28,791 bases of DNA from a virus, in the UHGV virus genome UHGV-1403449; one strand, written 5' to 3'. Positions 1 to 8,126 of the stretch are shown here, piece after piece. The position numbers and the translations under genes were made by a program. Within the stretch, counting starts at the first letter, position 1, and the number at the start of each line of letters is the position of its first letter. Under the pieces are notes generated by a model. That model was not told the origin of the DNA and did not search any database. It was given only the letters and a program-made list of their open reading frames with translations.

Positions 1-339
1 CATCCCCGTTTTCTTACCGTCGGACGTGACGCCACCGATAATATTGGAGGTGGTTTCAGCTTCGGTTTCGCCCTGCGCCACGCGCACAACAACCGTCACG
101 GGCTTTGACTGATCGGCAATAGCATCCAGCGAACGGGCCAGCGTGCCGGACTCGCCTGCTTTACCGCTGGCCTCCAGCACATCCGTCAGCAGAACCGGCT
201 TGTTGAGGGGGAACACGGACGCATCAGCATCATCGCCGGTGCAGACCATACCTACGATAGCAGTGCTTACCGTGGTGAGGGAGCGGGTGCCGTCGTTGAC
301 TTCAACAACGCGCACCCCGTGGTGGTAATCCTGAGCCAT
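1..339 (-). CDS. P2 FI-like contractile tail sheath protein, N-terminal part only (gene runs off the left edge of the window)
   Basis: Reverse-strand ATG at 339..337 preceded by AGGAGG; translated N-terminus [51 protein letters not shown]... closely resembles the P2 FI sheath N-terminus as recalled from memory. The track's 143..328 plus-strand ORF is antisense to it. Confidence 0.7.
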   Translation of the reverse strand, partial: MAQDYHHGVRVVEVNDGTRSLTTVSTAIVGMVCTGDDADASVFPLNKPVLLTDVLEASGKAGESGTLARSLDAIADQSKPVTVVVRVAQGETEAETTSNIIGGVTSDGKKTGM

Positions 340-422
340 AGCGGCGAACCTCCTGATTGGAATAGGCTTCGCCCTATGTTGTATTGATTACGTCACGCAG
401 ACAGCTGCGCGGCGTTGTCCTG

Positions 423-980
423 TTAATCACACAATGTCGCAGGATATTTGCGGTATAACGTAGAGACACCCACATCAAAAATTAAAGCTACCCGCTGCCG
501 TGTTTCACCTGCAGCAATTAACCTGCCTGCCTGCGCCCATTGCTCTGGCGTCAGTTTTGGTCTTCGCCCTCCAACCCTGCCTTTAGCCCTTGCAGCTTCC
601 AGTCCCGCACGGGTTCGTTCCACTATCAGCTCACGCTCCATCTCCGCCAGCGCCCCCATAACGTGAAAGAAAAACCGCCCCATTGGCGTACTGGTGTCTA
701 TGCTGTCAGTCAGACTACGGAAATTAACTCCGCGCTGCCGGAGTTCTTCTATCAGGGTAACAAGGTGTCGCATGCTTCTTCCCAGCCTGTCGAGTTTCCA
801 TACGACCAGCGTGTCTCCCTCTGATAACGTCCTGAGCAATCTTTTTAGCCCTGGCCTGTCTGCTGTTTTTCCGCTCATTTTGTCTTCAAAAATTAGCTCA
901 CATCCTGAGCGTTCCAGAGCACCACGCTGCAGCGCTGTGTTTTGCTCACTTGTTGATACGCGCACATAGCCGACTAACAT
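423..980 (-). CDS. pin: Serine recombinase, DNA invertase of the Hin/Gin/Cin/Pin family (tail-fibre inversion)
   Basis: Translation MLVGYVRVSTSEQNTALQ...VVWKLDRLGRSMRHL...GRRPKLT... has the resolvase/invertase catalytic-serine N-terminus and a C-terminal HTH. ORF is open to 998 but the ATG at 980..978 (MLVGYVRV) matches the family's start. It lies next to the invertible fibre cassette. Confidence 0.9.
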   Translation of the reverse strand: MLVGYVRVSTSEQNTALQRGALERSGCELIFEDKMSGKTADRPGLKRLLRTLSEGDTLVVWKLDRLGRSMRHLVTLIEELRQRGVNFRSLTDSIDTSTPMGRFFFHVMGALAEMERELIVERTRAGLEAARAKGRVGGRRPKLTPEQWAQAGRLIAAGETRQRVALIFDVGVSTLYRKYPATLCD

Positions 981-1041
981 TTGTTTTCCCTTATGCAAAA
1001 GTCCAAATAATGCCAGCCAGGCGGGAAAACAGCATTTTCTT

Positions 1042-1059
1042 AAACGTTGGTTTAGGAGA
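1042..1059. repeat. Left inverted repeat / candidate crossover site (gix/hix/pix-like) of the invertible tail-fibre segment
   Basis: TTAAACGTTGGTTTAGGAGA at ~1040-1059 matches the reverse complement of 2922-2946 (GCAAACCTTGGTTTGGGAGA) at about 16 of 20 positions; AAAC..GTTT core as in hix/gix sites. Confidence 0.6.
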
Positions 1060-1426
1060 TATCAGTGCTACAGGTGTTGCGACAGGTAGTATGGGCGAAA
1101 CCGGATATGCCATATTTCCGATGATGATTGGCGGTGCACGTAAGACTTTTATTATGCAATGGGGATTGCTGACGCCTCTGAAATCAGGTGGCTATGTGAA
1201 TATTAACCTTCCTGTCGCTTTTCCTACTATGGTGATGCAGGCATATGCAACACATGATAATGCGACACTAAACACACGCCCGACAGTATATGCAATTACT
1301 ACAACAAGCCGAACCACTATCACTGCGACGGCGACGTGCTTAGATGCTGGCTCAGTGGGCGCTACAGTGACACGCAGTAGTGACGATACTGCGTGTTACG
1401 GTCGTTATTTTGCAATAGGGTGCTGA
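1060..1426 (+). other. Silent alternative tail-fibre C-terminal cassette (Sv-prime-like), promoterless in the current orientation
   Basis: Plus-strand ORF 950..1426 crosses the left repeat; the peptide from ...NVGLGD onward is Gly/Thr-rich and fibre-like, and NVGLGD mirrors NLGLGE at the constant/variable junction of the expressed fibre gene. It is followed immediately by a plus-strand tail-fibre assembly gene. Confidence 0.6.
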
Positions 1427-1427
1427 A

Positions 1428-1871
1428 ATGAATCTTAAATATTTTTCTCCATCTGAAAATGCGTTTTATGCCGGGGAGCTTAAAGAAAGCTATATCGCTG
1501 CTGGCTCATGGCCTTCTGATGCCTCGGAGGTTGATGAAAGTCTTTATCTTGAGTTTATCGATAAACCGCCAGCAGGTAAGTATCGAGGAGTGGATAATGC
1601 AGGAATGCCCTGCTGGCTTGAAATTCCTCCTCCCACAGTAGAGGAAATGGCATCGAATGCAGAGAATATAAGACAGCAGCTCATTGATAAGGCAAATGTT
1701 TATATAAACAATCGTCAGTGGCCGGGAAAAGCAGCGATAGGCCGTTTAAAGGCAGATGAACTGGAACGATATAACCTTTGGCTGGATTATCTGGACGCAC
1801 TGGAACTGGTCGATACTTCCGGTGCGCCAGATATTGAATGGCCTACGCCTCCGGCAGTTCAGGCCAGATGA
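1428..1871 (+). CDS. Tail-fibre assembly chaperone, alternative copy (U-prime / Tfa-like) inside the invertible segment
   Basis: 147 aa; the C-terminal ...RYNLWLDYLDALELVDTSGAPDIEWPTPP motif parallels the C-terminus of the minus-strand Tfa (NAVLDYIDAVTATDTSTAPDVIWPELP). The two genes are convergent. Confidence 0.8.
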   Translation: MNLKYFSPSENAFYAGELKESYIAAGSWPSDASEVDESLYLEFIDKPPAGKYRGVDNAGMPCWLEIPPPTVEEMASNAENIRQQLIDKANVYINNRQWPGKAAIGRLKADELERYNLWLDYLDALELVDTSGAPDIEWPTPPAVQAR

Positions 1872-2445
1872 CATCCGGCGCGGTGCTGGTATCTGTTGCC
1901 GTCACCGCGTCAATGTAATCCAGCACGGCGTTAAGTCGGGTTGTTTCTGCCTGCGTCAACTTCCGTCCGGCCTGTAATTTCAGCTGAATCAGACTAATGG
2001 AAACCATTGCTGCATCAATCAGTGACTGGCGCTGTGCTTCTGCCGCTTCTACTGCGGCGCTATGCTGTGCCTCAGTATCCGTCACCCATTTCTCACCATC
2101 CCATTTATCATATGGCGTTAACGGGGCGATAGTGGTTGTATTTTCAGGGTAATCACCCGGAGCTGTGATTTCTTTGGCGTCTCCCGTTTCGGTGTTATAG
2201 ACGATTTCACCGCGATGGTCTGACACATATTCCCATGATTTTAAATCCACAGAACGGCAAATTGTATAACCAGCTTTATGTGTAACTGGTGCATCTAAAC
2301 AAGAACATGCCGGGATACCGACGCCAACCGCAAGATATTCAGTTGATGTGGAAATATATTCCCGCGTTTCACCATCATAGTTATAAACGGTAATATCCCC
2401 TGCCTTTGTAGCAACAAGTCCACTATTTAATATTGCTTTATCCAT
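1843..2445 (-). CDS. Tail-fibre assembly chaperone (U / Tfa-like), copy expressed in the current orientation
   Basis: 200 aa with the conserved Tfa C-terminal motif; start overlaps the stop of the upstream fibre gene (translational coupling). Confidence 0.8.
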   Translation of the reverse strand: MDKAILNSGLVATKAGDITVYNYDGETREYISTSTEYLAVGVGIPACSCLDAPVTHKAGYTICRSVDLKSWEYVSDHRGEIVYNTETGDAKEITAPGDYPENTTTIAPLTPYDKWDGEKWVTDTEAQHSAAVEAAEAQRQSLIDAAMVSISLIQLKLQAGRKLTQAETTRLNAVLDYIDAVTATDTSTAPDVIWPELPEA

Positions 2446-3329
2446 TATGCTGCTCTCACGATATAGTTAAATGCAATGTTTCTTGGTCTGTTCTCTGAGG
2501 CAGTTGGCACTACTCTTGAAGCATCAAAATTGACTAAATGAGGATTGTTTGGGGTATTTGGAATGATTGTGGTGTTACCTATCGTATTACGAAGTGCTGA
2601 TTGACTTACAAAAACACCACTCGCTGTATTAAAGCTAATAGCCGCATTAGCTTCGGTTTGTCCATTACCAAATGTGCCGGTTATATTACGAATAGCATCC
2701 CCCTGAGCAGACAGAATTTCGCGCCCCGCGTCAATACCGCGCCCGTCATCCCAACCACGAATAAACTCACCACGTAAATCAGGCAATTTATTTGTCGGAT
2801 AAGCCTTTGCCAGTTCCGGGTATTCTTCAGCAGAAAAAGCGGCACCGTTGCATTTCAGCCAGCCTGTTGGCGGAGTGGCGGAAGGCCACGGAACAGGGAC
2901 ACCAACAGGTAATGCAGAGCCTTCTCCCAAACCAAGGTTTGCGAGACCGTTTTTTGACGTTAATACAGGAGTCCATTTTGCTGATGGCGGCTGGCTACCA
3001 ATATTTGCATTTTGTAAGGACTGATAAGATTCACCGTTATGTGTGCAGATCGAACCGATATGATATTCCTGTTCTGCATGCCACTCTGGAACCCCCATTT
3101 GGTGCTGATACGCAATGAACTGACTCATTGCATACATTGCCGCATTGAAGTCCTCAAGCGAGGGGTGTTCGGAAGCGCCAACAATGCCCCATCCGCGAAG
3201 GAAAGATGCCGTAATTTGCGAGGTCAGGTCATCCGCCTGATTTGTTCCACCAAACACGGTTCTTTCCATTCCCTGTGCATCAGAGGCAAAAGCCCGAACA
3301 TCTCCCTGATATCGTACAATCTTAGACAT
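2445..3329 (-). CDS. Tail fibre protein (constant N-terminus of about 130 aa fused to the currently selected variable C-terminus carrying a tail-collar-type domain)
   Basis: 294 aa; C-terminal WLKCNGAAFSAEEYPELAKAYP...LPDLRGEFIRGWDDGRGID matches the phage tail collar motif; GAGGA Shine-Dalgarno before the ATG at 3329; the right inverted repeat lies at codons ~131-136 (NLGLGE). Confidence 0.8.
   Translation of the reverse strand: MSKIVRYQGDVRAFASDAQGMERTVFGGTNQADDLTSQITASFLRGWGIVGASEHPSLEDFNAAMYAMSQFIAYQHQMGVPEWHAEQEYHIGSICTHNGESYQSLQNANIGSQPPSAKWTPVLTSKNGLANLGLGEGSALPVGVPVPWPSATPPTGWLKCNGAAFSAEEYPELAKAYPTNKLPDLRGEFIRGWDDGRGIDAGREILSAQGDAIRNITGTFGNGQTEANAAISFNTASGVFVSQSALRNTIGNTTIIPNTPNNPHLVNFDASRVVPTASENRPRNIAFNYIVRAA
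2925..2942. repeat. Right inverted repeat / candidate crossover site of the invertible segment, inside the tail-fibre gene
   Basis: Reverse complement of 2922-2946 aligns with 1040-1059 (see left repeat); position matches the constant/variable junction of the fibre protein. Confidence 0.6.
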
Positions 3330-4044
3330 GGATTTTCCTCGAAAAAAAACCGCCCTGGTAGGCGGTATTAAACTTGCTGGCGAATCCTCTGGCCGAAGGG
3401 TTTCGCGAGAAACCGAATGTCAGACCAGGAGTCACCTGATAAAAATAATCGTATCGAACGCCCGCAGGTTTCGGCAGCAGGCCAAGCTTCACAATCAGGC
3501 GTAACTCTTCAACTGATACCCGCGGCGAAACGTTCAAAGCAAGCGTCATGTCTTTTCTGTCGGTCACGTAAGCTTCGCCGTTGAAAGCCGTCTGTATAAC
3601 ATCCTGCAGGCTGACCCGATCGTCTGACGCTATCGTTGCACCTGCGGCGTTTCGCGCAATTTTGACCCGAAGGAACCTGCGATACTCATTGTCAGCCAGT
3701 TGATAGTCACCATATGCCGGCGAAAACTTGCTGTAGAAAGGTGCGCCGACATACGCCGCATTAGATTTACTGTCGAAGCCTGCGGTATTCAGATGTCCGT
3801 CAAACCCGAAAAATACACGGGCAATAACAGCAGGCACACTACGGTGAAGGCCGACTATCCGGCCAATGACATCAAGCCGGTATCCGGTAACCCGGTCGAG
3901 ATCAAAGTTATCTGGGTTACGAATAAAATCGGCGATGATTTGCCAGTGCCTGAGCATGGCCTGTATCTCTGATCTTGCTTTTTTCTTTTCCCAATATTGT
4001 TTGATGAGCATTAGCGTGTAGCGGTTAATGATGTCGTCATTCAC
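3322..4044 (-). CDS. Baseplate wedge / tail protein (Mu gp48-like, e14 YmfQ-like)
   Basis: 240 aa ORF directly upstream of the fibre gene and overlapping its start; the position corresponds to Mu gene R / e14 ymfQ. Assignment by synteny and general resemblance. Confidence 0.5.
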   Translation of the reverse strand: MNDDIINRYTLMLIKQYWEKKKARSEIQAMLRHWQIIADFIRNPDNFDLDRVTGYRLDVIGRIVGLHRSVPAVIARVFFGFDGHLNTAGFDSKSNAAYVGAPFYSKFSPAYGDYQLADNEYRRFLRVKIARNAAGATIASDDRVSLQDVIQTAFNGEAYVTDRKDMTLALNVSPRVSVEELRLIVKLGLLPKPAGVRYDYFYQVTPGLTFGFSRNPSARGFASKFNTAYQGGFFSRKIHV

Positions 4045-5222
4045 TGGACCACCTCGTTAACGTCTATATTTTCCACACTCAACGTGAACTTTCCCTGAAA
4101 GCCTGGCGATAACTCAGCATCGGTGTAATCTGCCCCATTACTGCTAATTTGCAGATTGGTCAGCACAAAATTTACCCGTCCTACCCCATACCCATTCTCA
4201 TAAAATTCATTGGCATCCACAGACTCACCAATATGCATGGTGCGTGATGCAAGAGATTTTTTGAGAGTATCGATATCTATCGGTTCGCTTTGAATCTTCC
4301 GGCGGGCATTAAGCCTGATATGAAGCGGCTTATAGATGGGCCGATCAAACTGAAGTTCATGGGCTATCAGAAATGAAGTGCCGTCAGGCCGAATCAGGGT
4401 CTCGGTAAAACGTCCGGTTATGCTGCCTTTCGTTCCCGTTCCACCGCCTTTCTGTTTAACCATCACCTCCACAATTTCTGAAATCGCTCCCCCCTCAACG
4501 ACCAGCCATATTGAATTGGCCGGGATACCCGTCGTCGGATTATCAATTTTTGTGTCGTTCTCTCCGATATTCAGATCAATTACACCTGTCAGTTGAGCAA
4601 CTTTAGCGAAAACCGCCCCAGTGCTACCTGTTGCCGGGTTCTCAAGCGACCGGTTCCGGCGTTGCCTGAATTCTTCAGGCGTTTCCTCATCCCGACCGAC
4701 CACAACCGCGGAATCAGAGATAATGCTCACAATCCCTGGTTCTGGTGTGAGTTGAGTGAAGGTGTCGTTCACAAGCCCAGTAACTTTCCCAAAGTTTTGA
4801 GCAAAAAAGGTGGCTGTTGTGACGCCCGCCGGAACGGTCACGTCCTGTCGGATAGCCCAGACCTGATTTGCCTGGTCCCGTATCTTGTACCCGCTATAGA
4901 GAAGCACCGGCCTGTCTGTTGTGACTTTAAGGTCACGCTGAGACCGGGAGCCGGGGCGAAGGAAAAGCCCGTGAAGTTTGGCGATAATCTGCTGCATATC
5001 ACCAGTATTAAAATCGGGGTCCATTTGGGAATAAAGCCATTGCAGCGCGGCTTCAATATCTGCCCGAGCCTGAGCTTCGATTGCCACGCGTTGACCGTCG
5101 GGAGATTCCTGGTCTAAATCGATATCCTGACCATAAATTCCCTTATATCCGTCGCTCAGTTCCTGAAATAACTCCCGGAGAGTGCTTGTCTCAAGGCCGT
5201 TGTCGCTAAACTGTAGTGCCAT
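4041..5222 (-). CDS. Baseplate J-like protein (Mu gp47 / P2 gpJ family)
   Basis: 393 aa; position and size match baseplate J/gp47 in a Mu-like tail module; overlaps neighbours by 4 nt. Confidence 0.6.
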   Translation of the reverse strand: MALQFSDNGLETSTLRELFQELSDGYKGIYGQDIDLDQESPDGQRVAIEAQARADIEAALQWLYSQMDPDFNTGDMQQIIAKLHGLFLRPGSRSQRDLKVTTDRPVLLYSGYKIRDQANQVWAIRQDVTVPAGVTTATFFAQNFGKVTGLVNDTFTQLTPEPGIVSIISDSAVVVGRDEETPEEFRQRRNRSLENPATGSTGAVFAKVAQLTGVIDLNIGENDTKIDNPTTGIPANSIWLVVEGGAISEIVEVMVKQKGGGTGTKGSITGRFTETLIRPDGTSFLIAHELQFDRPIYKPLHIRLNARRKIQSEPIDIDTLKKSLASRTMHIGESVDANEFYENGYGVGRVNFVLTNLQISSNGADYTDAELSPGFQGKFTLSVENIDVNEVVQ

Positions 5223-5586
5223 TCTTCAACGCTCCGTTGACCGGGAAGGTGATCGTCTGCTGGTCATAGACGGTCTCAATGCTGAGTTCGATTTTTTGTG
5301 ACCGGGTGGCCTTATTGACCTCCATCGCCAGAGCGGTAATGCGCATAACCCCATCCGTCGCCAGCGTCACGCGCTCTATCTCCCGCAGAATCTCCTGCTC
5401 GGTGTTTTTCTCTGATAACAGGTAAAGCCAGTCGATGTTGTCATCCATGTTGAGAGGATTATCGTTTTTGAACGAGCGGATCCGGCATTTGGCTTTCTGC
5501 GCGATAGCAGCACCGCCAGTTATATAGTTTGCCTTCCCGCGCCCAAATCCCCAGTCGTCATTTTTATCAAGTGCTGAAACAATCAT
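5206..5586 (-). CDS. Small baseplate protein (Mu gp46-like / GPW-like)
   Basis: 126 aa ORF between the gp45-like and gp47-like genes; synteny-based. Confidence 0.45.
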   Translation of the reverse strand: MIVSALDKNDDWGFGRGKANYITGGAAIAQKAKCRIRSFKNDNPLNMDDNIDWLYLLSEKNTEQEILREIERVTLATDGVMRITALAMEVNKATRSQKIELSIETVYDQQTITFPVNGALKNGTTV

Positions 5587-6200
5587 GAGATCTCCGTGAC
5601 AATACCGTTGGTAACTGTGATTGTTTTCCCGTCATCGCTTCGAAATGAACCAGACACCCCAGACTTACCGCCTGTCTTTACCTGGGAATATTGAAGTACA
5701 TTCAGAACATCGCATTCTTCCAGAGTCGTCTTACCATCTTTCTGGGTAATATTTCCTGTGAGGTTTAAATCACCCTCGTGGTCAGAATCCCCCTTCATCA
5801 TCCTGTTCTTCTTAGGGATATTGATCGCGGTAGCCTGTGGGTTAACCCCACACAGAGCGAAGCCATCTGAATAATCGTGCATACGCATTTCAAGTGGTGA
5901 AACAAAGTCGCTACCCGCATACCAAGCGTCATAACAACGCTCAGAGATAAGGACGAGGCAATAGTCACCAGCCGCAATTGGTTCGGCGATATAACTATCA
6001 CCGCCTTGCAAAATTACCGGGGGGACTTCAATGAACTCTGGGAGTTGCTTGCTGCTCCCTTTCACAACCCGATTGATAACGGGGACGCAACTGATTGTTT
6101 TGTCATTTACAGACGTTATTTTTGCGACAACAATGGTGTGAACATCGGCCAGAGCAAATTCAACACCCAGGCCGATAGTGTCGTGAAGTTCTTCGATCAT
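5583..6200 (-). CDS. Baseplate spike / assembly protein (Mu gp45-like, gpV-like)
   Basis: 205 aa; follows the hub-like gene in Mu order; synteny-based. Confidence 0.45.
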   Translation of the reverse strand: MIEELHDTIGLGVEFALADVHTIVVAKITSVNDKTISCVPVINRVVKGSSKQLPEFIEVPPVILQGGDSYIAEPIAAGDYCLVLISERCYDAWYAGSDFVSPLEMRMHDYSDGFALCGVNPQATAINIPKKNRMMKGDSDHEGDLNLTGNITQKDGKTTLEECDVLNVLQYSQVKTGGKSGVSGSFRSDDGKTITVTNGIVTEIS

Positions 6201-6315
6201 AAATTAAGCCCATAAAAAACCGCCAGAGTGGGTTCAATGGATGGCTAGATAAATACTCATACTAATCGCCGTAGAGCGAACCTGCGCCAGCGTTTAATAC
6301 TAAGGAGAGTCACTC

Positions 6316-6849
6316 ATGGGATTCAAATTCAGACAGCGCATCAAAATTGCACCAGGCATTCATATAAACATAGGTAAAACAGGCATTACTAGCGCATCAA
6401 TTGGTAAGGCTGGTGCTACCCTGAACGTTGGTAAAAAAGGGGTAAAGGCAACCGCAGGCATTCCCGGTACCGGTTTGTCTTACACGAGTGGAAACTTGCT
6501 CGCGGGTCAAAAGAGCTCCACCGGTAAACACGCTGAGAACGTAGAGGAACAAGCACCTGAGCGGCTTGGTTTCTTTTCGGACTCAACGTTGTTAGAGGAT
6601 GGTCAGGAAGATATTCAACCACCTCGCCCATTGGTCATGGTATTAACCCATAAGCAATTTAGAAAACTATCAACCGAGGAGAAAACGGCATTTAAAAATG
6701 CAGGTGGTAAGGTGAAGTTTTCAATAGGCGAGAAAATTTTTATTCTCACAGTCATTATTTTTGCTCTTGGCTGGCTTTCAGATCGTCACCCACCAGAAAA
6801 AACCAATTCCAGCGTAACGCAAGAAGTAAAATCTTCAGTTAACAACTGA
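6316..6849 (+). CDS. Moron gene: DUF4236-like protein with a C-terminal transmembrane anchor
   Basis: Opposite strand to the whole tail operon; AAGGAG Shine-Dalgarno 8 nt before the ATG; N-terminus MGFKFRQRIKIAPGIHINIGKTGITSASIGKAGATLNVGKKGVKATAGIPGTGLSY resembles the DUF4236 signature as recalled; C-terminal hydrophobic stretch IFILTVIIFALGWL; its 3' end overlaps the convergent baseplate hub gene by 15 nt. Confidence 0.7.
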   Translation: MGFKFRQRIKIAPGIHINIGKTGITSASIGKAGATLNVGKKGVKATAGIPGTGLSYTSGNLLAGQKSSTGKHAENVEEQAPERLGFFSDSTLLEDGQEDIQPPRPLVMVLTHKQFRKLSTEEKTAFKNAGGKVKFSIGEKIFILTVIIFALGWLSDRHPPEKTNSSVTQEVKSSVNN

Positions 6850-7782
6850 GTAATTTCCGGCAGGCTGGCATACCACCTTCTGATACCAGGCTGCCCCGTT
6901 GTTCTGCCCGCTGGTTTCAATCTGGTATATCTTATAAACCCCGTTTAACGCGGGGTTCGTCACGCTTTCAACAGCGCAAAGCCCACCGATCACCAGCATA
7001 GGATTCAGTTTCGTATCGAATACGATCTGCCCTTTCGAGGATTTGGCTAAGGTACTCGAGTCAGTATCTTTTTTGCCTGCCGGATCCGTATCAGGCTCAT
7101 TGGTTGGCATCTTGGCTTTCTTCCCCCCGTCATCCTGTGCGCTAATCTTCGTTGCCTGAGGCGTATTTAGCAGACCGCTACGCGCATTCACGACTGGAAT
7201 GTTACCCGATGTAACCTCATTAGCCTTGAGGATGTGGACGCGCTCATCTTTGATGAAAAATGACTCGTCGGACGCAAGGGTATCGGTAAGAATTTTACTG
7301 GAGCTACCTACCAGAACCTTCGGCCTGATGAGTGCTTGTTGCTTCGTCACAGAGCCTTTTTTCGTGTTTGGCATATCCTGCAAGACAGAATCGACGACCT
7401 GATCTTTCCCGCGTACCGTGCGCGATGTGAAAGCGTTGATATAGTCGTGGCCACCGTCTTCACATTCCAGGCTGACGATGTGGATCGCCCCCTCACGCTT
7501 TACTGCTCCGCTTTTAACCGAACCCTGAAATACCTGGCGCAGCTTGCCGTCGTAACCAACCTCGAGTCGAACGGGGATATACTTCTCTTCATCTTCGGAC
7601 TTGAGCAATTGCAGACGCGTGGAAGGCTTTAGCCCGTTGATGGACACACTCAGCTTGCCGAGTGACTTCTTGTCCACAGTTTCCAGCGCCTTGAATGACA
7701 CGGTGATCGGTGGCTCGATAATCACTGCTTGATTGCCGATCCCCACCGTCAGCCGATAATCACGGTAAAAAGTATCCATCAC
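6835..7782 (-). CDS. Baseplate hub-like protein (Mu gp44 position)
   Basis: 315 aa ORF in Mu gene-P position between the N-like gene and the gp45-like gene. Confidence 0.45.
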   Translation of the reverse strand: MMDTFYRDYRLTVGIGNQAVIIEPPITVSFKALETVDKKSLGKLSVSINGLKPSTRLQLLKSEDEEKYIPVRLEVGYDGKLRQVFQGSVKSGAVKREGAIHIVSLECEDGGHDYINAFTSRTVRGKDQVVDSVLQDMPNTKKGSVTKQQALIRPKVLVGSSSKILTDTLASDESFFIKDERVHILKANEVTSGNIPVVNARSGLLNTPQATKISAQDDGGKKAKMPTNEPDTDPAGKKDTDSSTLAKSSKGQIVFDTKLNPMLVIGGLCAVESVTNPALNGVYKIYQIETSGQNNGAAWYQKVVCQPAGNYSVVN

Positions 7783-8114
7783 GGCACGTCTCCCCCGCGA
7801 ATATCAATCATCTCTTCCGGCGTGACCAGATACATTTCGATGCGACCACTGGCGAAGTCGTCAGCCCGATATGGGTCAATGCCGGAATTGTCAGCGCAAA
7901 GTAACACAACGTCGAAAGGCCAGTTCTTGTGCCGAAAATGTAGCGTCCCGAGGGACAGCTTCACGCCGTCGATGTAATCACCGTTGTACTCCACGCGCAT
8001 TTTCCACATTTCAACCGTAGGCAGATAACGAATAGTGACCACAGCCTCACCACGGTCAAAAATCAGAACATGCCGCTGGATAGGTTCGTCAGTGATGTTG
8101 GTTATCGGATCCAT
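7779..8114 (-). CDS. Hypothetical tail/baseplate protein
   Basis: 111 aa ORF, 4-nt overlap with the downstream gene, embedded in the tail operon; no motif recognised. Confidence 0.35.
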   Translation of the reverse strand: MDPITNITDEPIQRHVLIFDRGEAVVTIRYLPTVEMWKMRVEYNGDYIDGVKLSLGTLHFRHKNWPFDVVLLCADNSGIDPYRADDFASGRIEMYLVTPEEMIDIRGGDVP

Positions 8115-8126
8115 ACGTTGCTCTCA

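Noticed and set aside
143-328. Plus-strand 61-aa ORF at the left edge
   Set aside because: Antisense to the P2 FI-like sheath N-terminus, which has a strong RBS and recognisable sequence.
448-969. Plus-strand ORFs 448-666, 540-824 and 694-969
   Set aside because: Antisense to the invertase gene, whose translation has an unmistakable serine-recombinase signature.
4378-5117. Plus- and minus-strand internal ORFs within the baseplate J-like gene (4378-4596, 4593-5117, 4838-5056)
   Set aside because: Embedded in or antisense to a 393-aa gene with good synteny; no independent signals.
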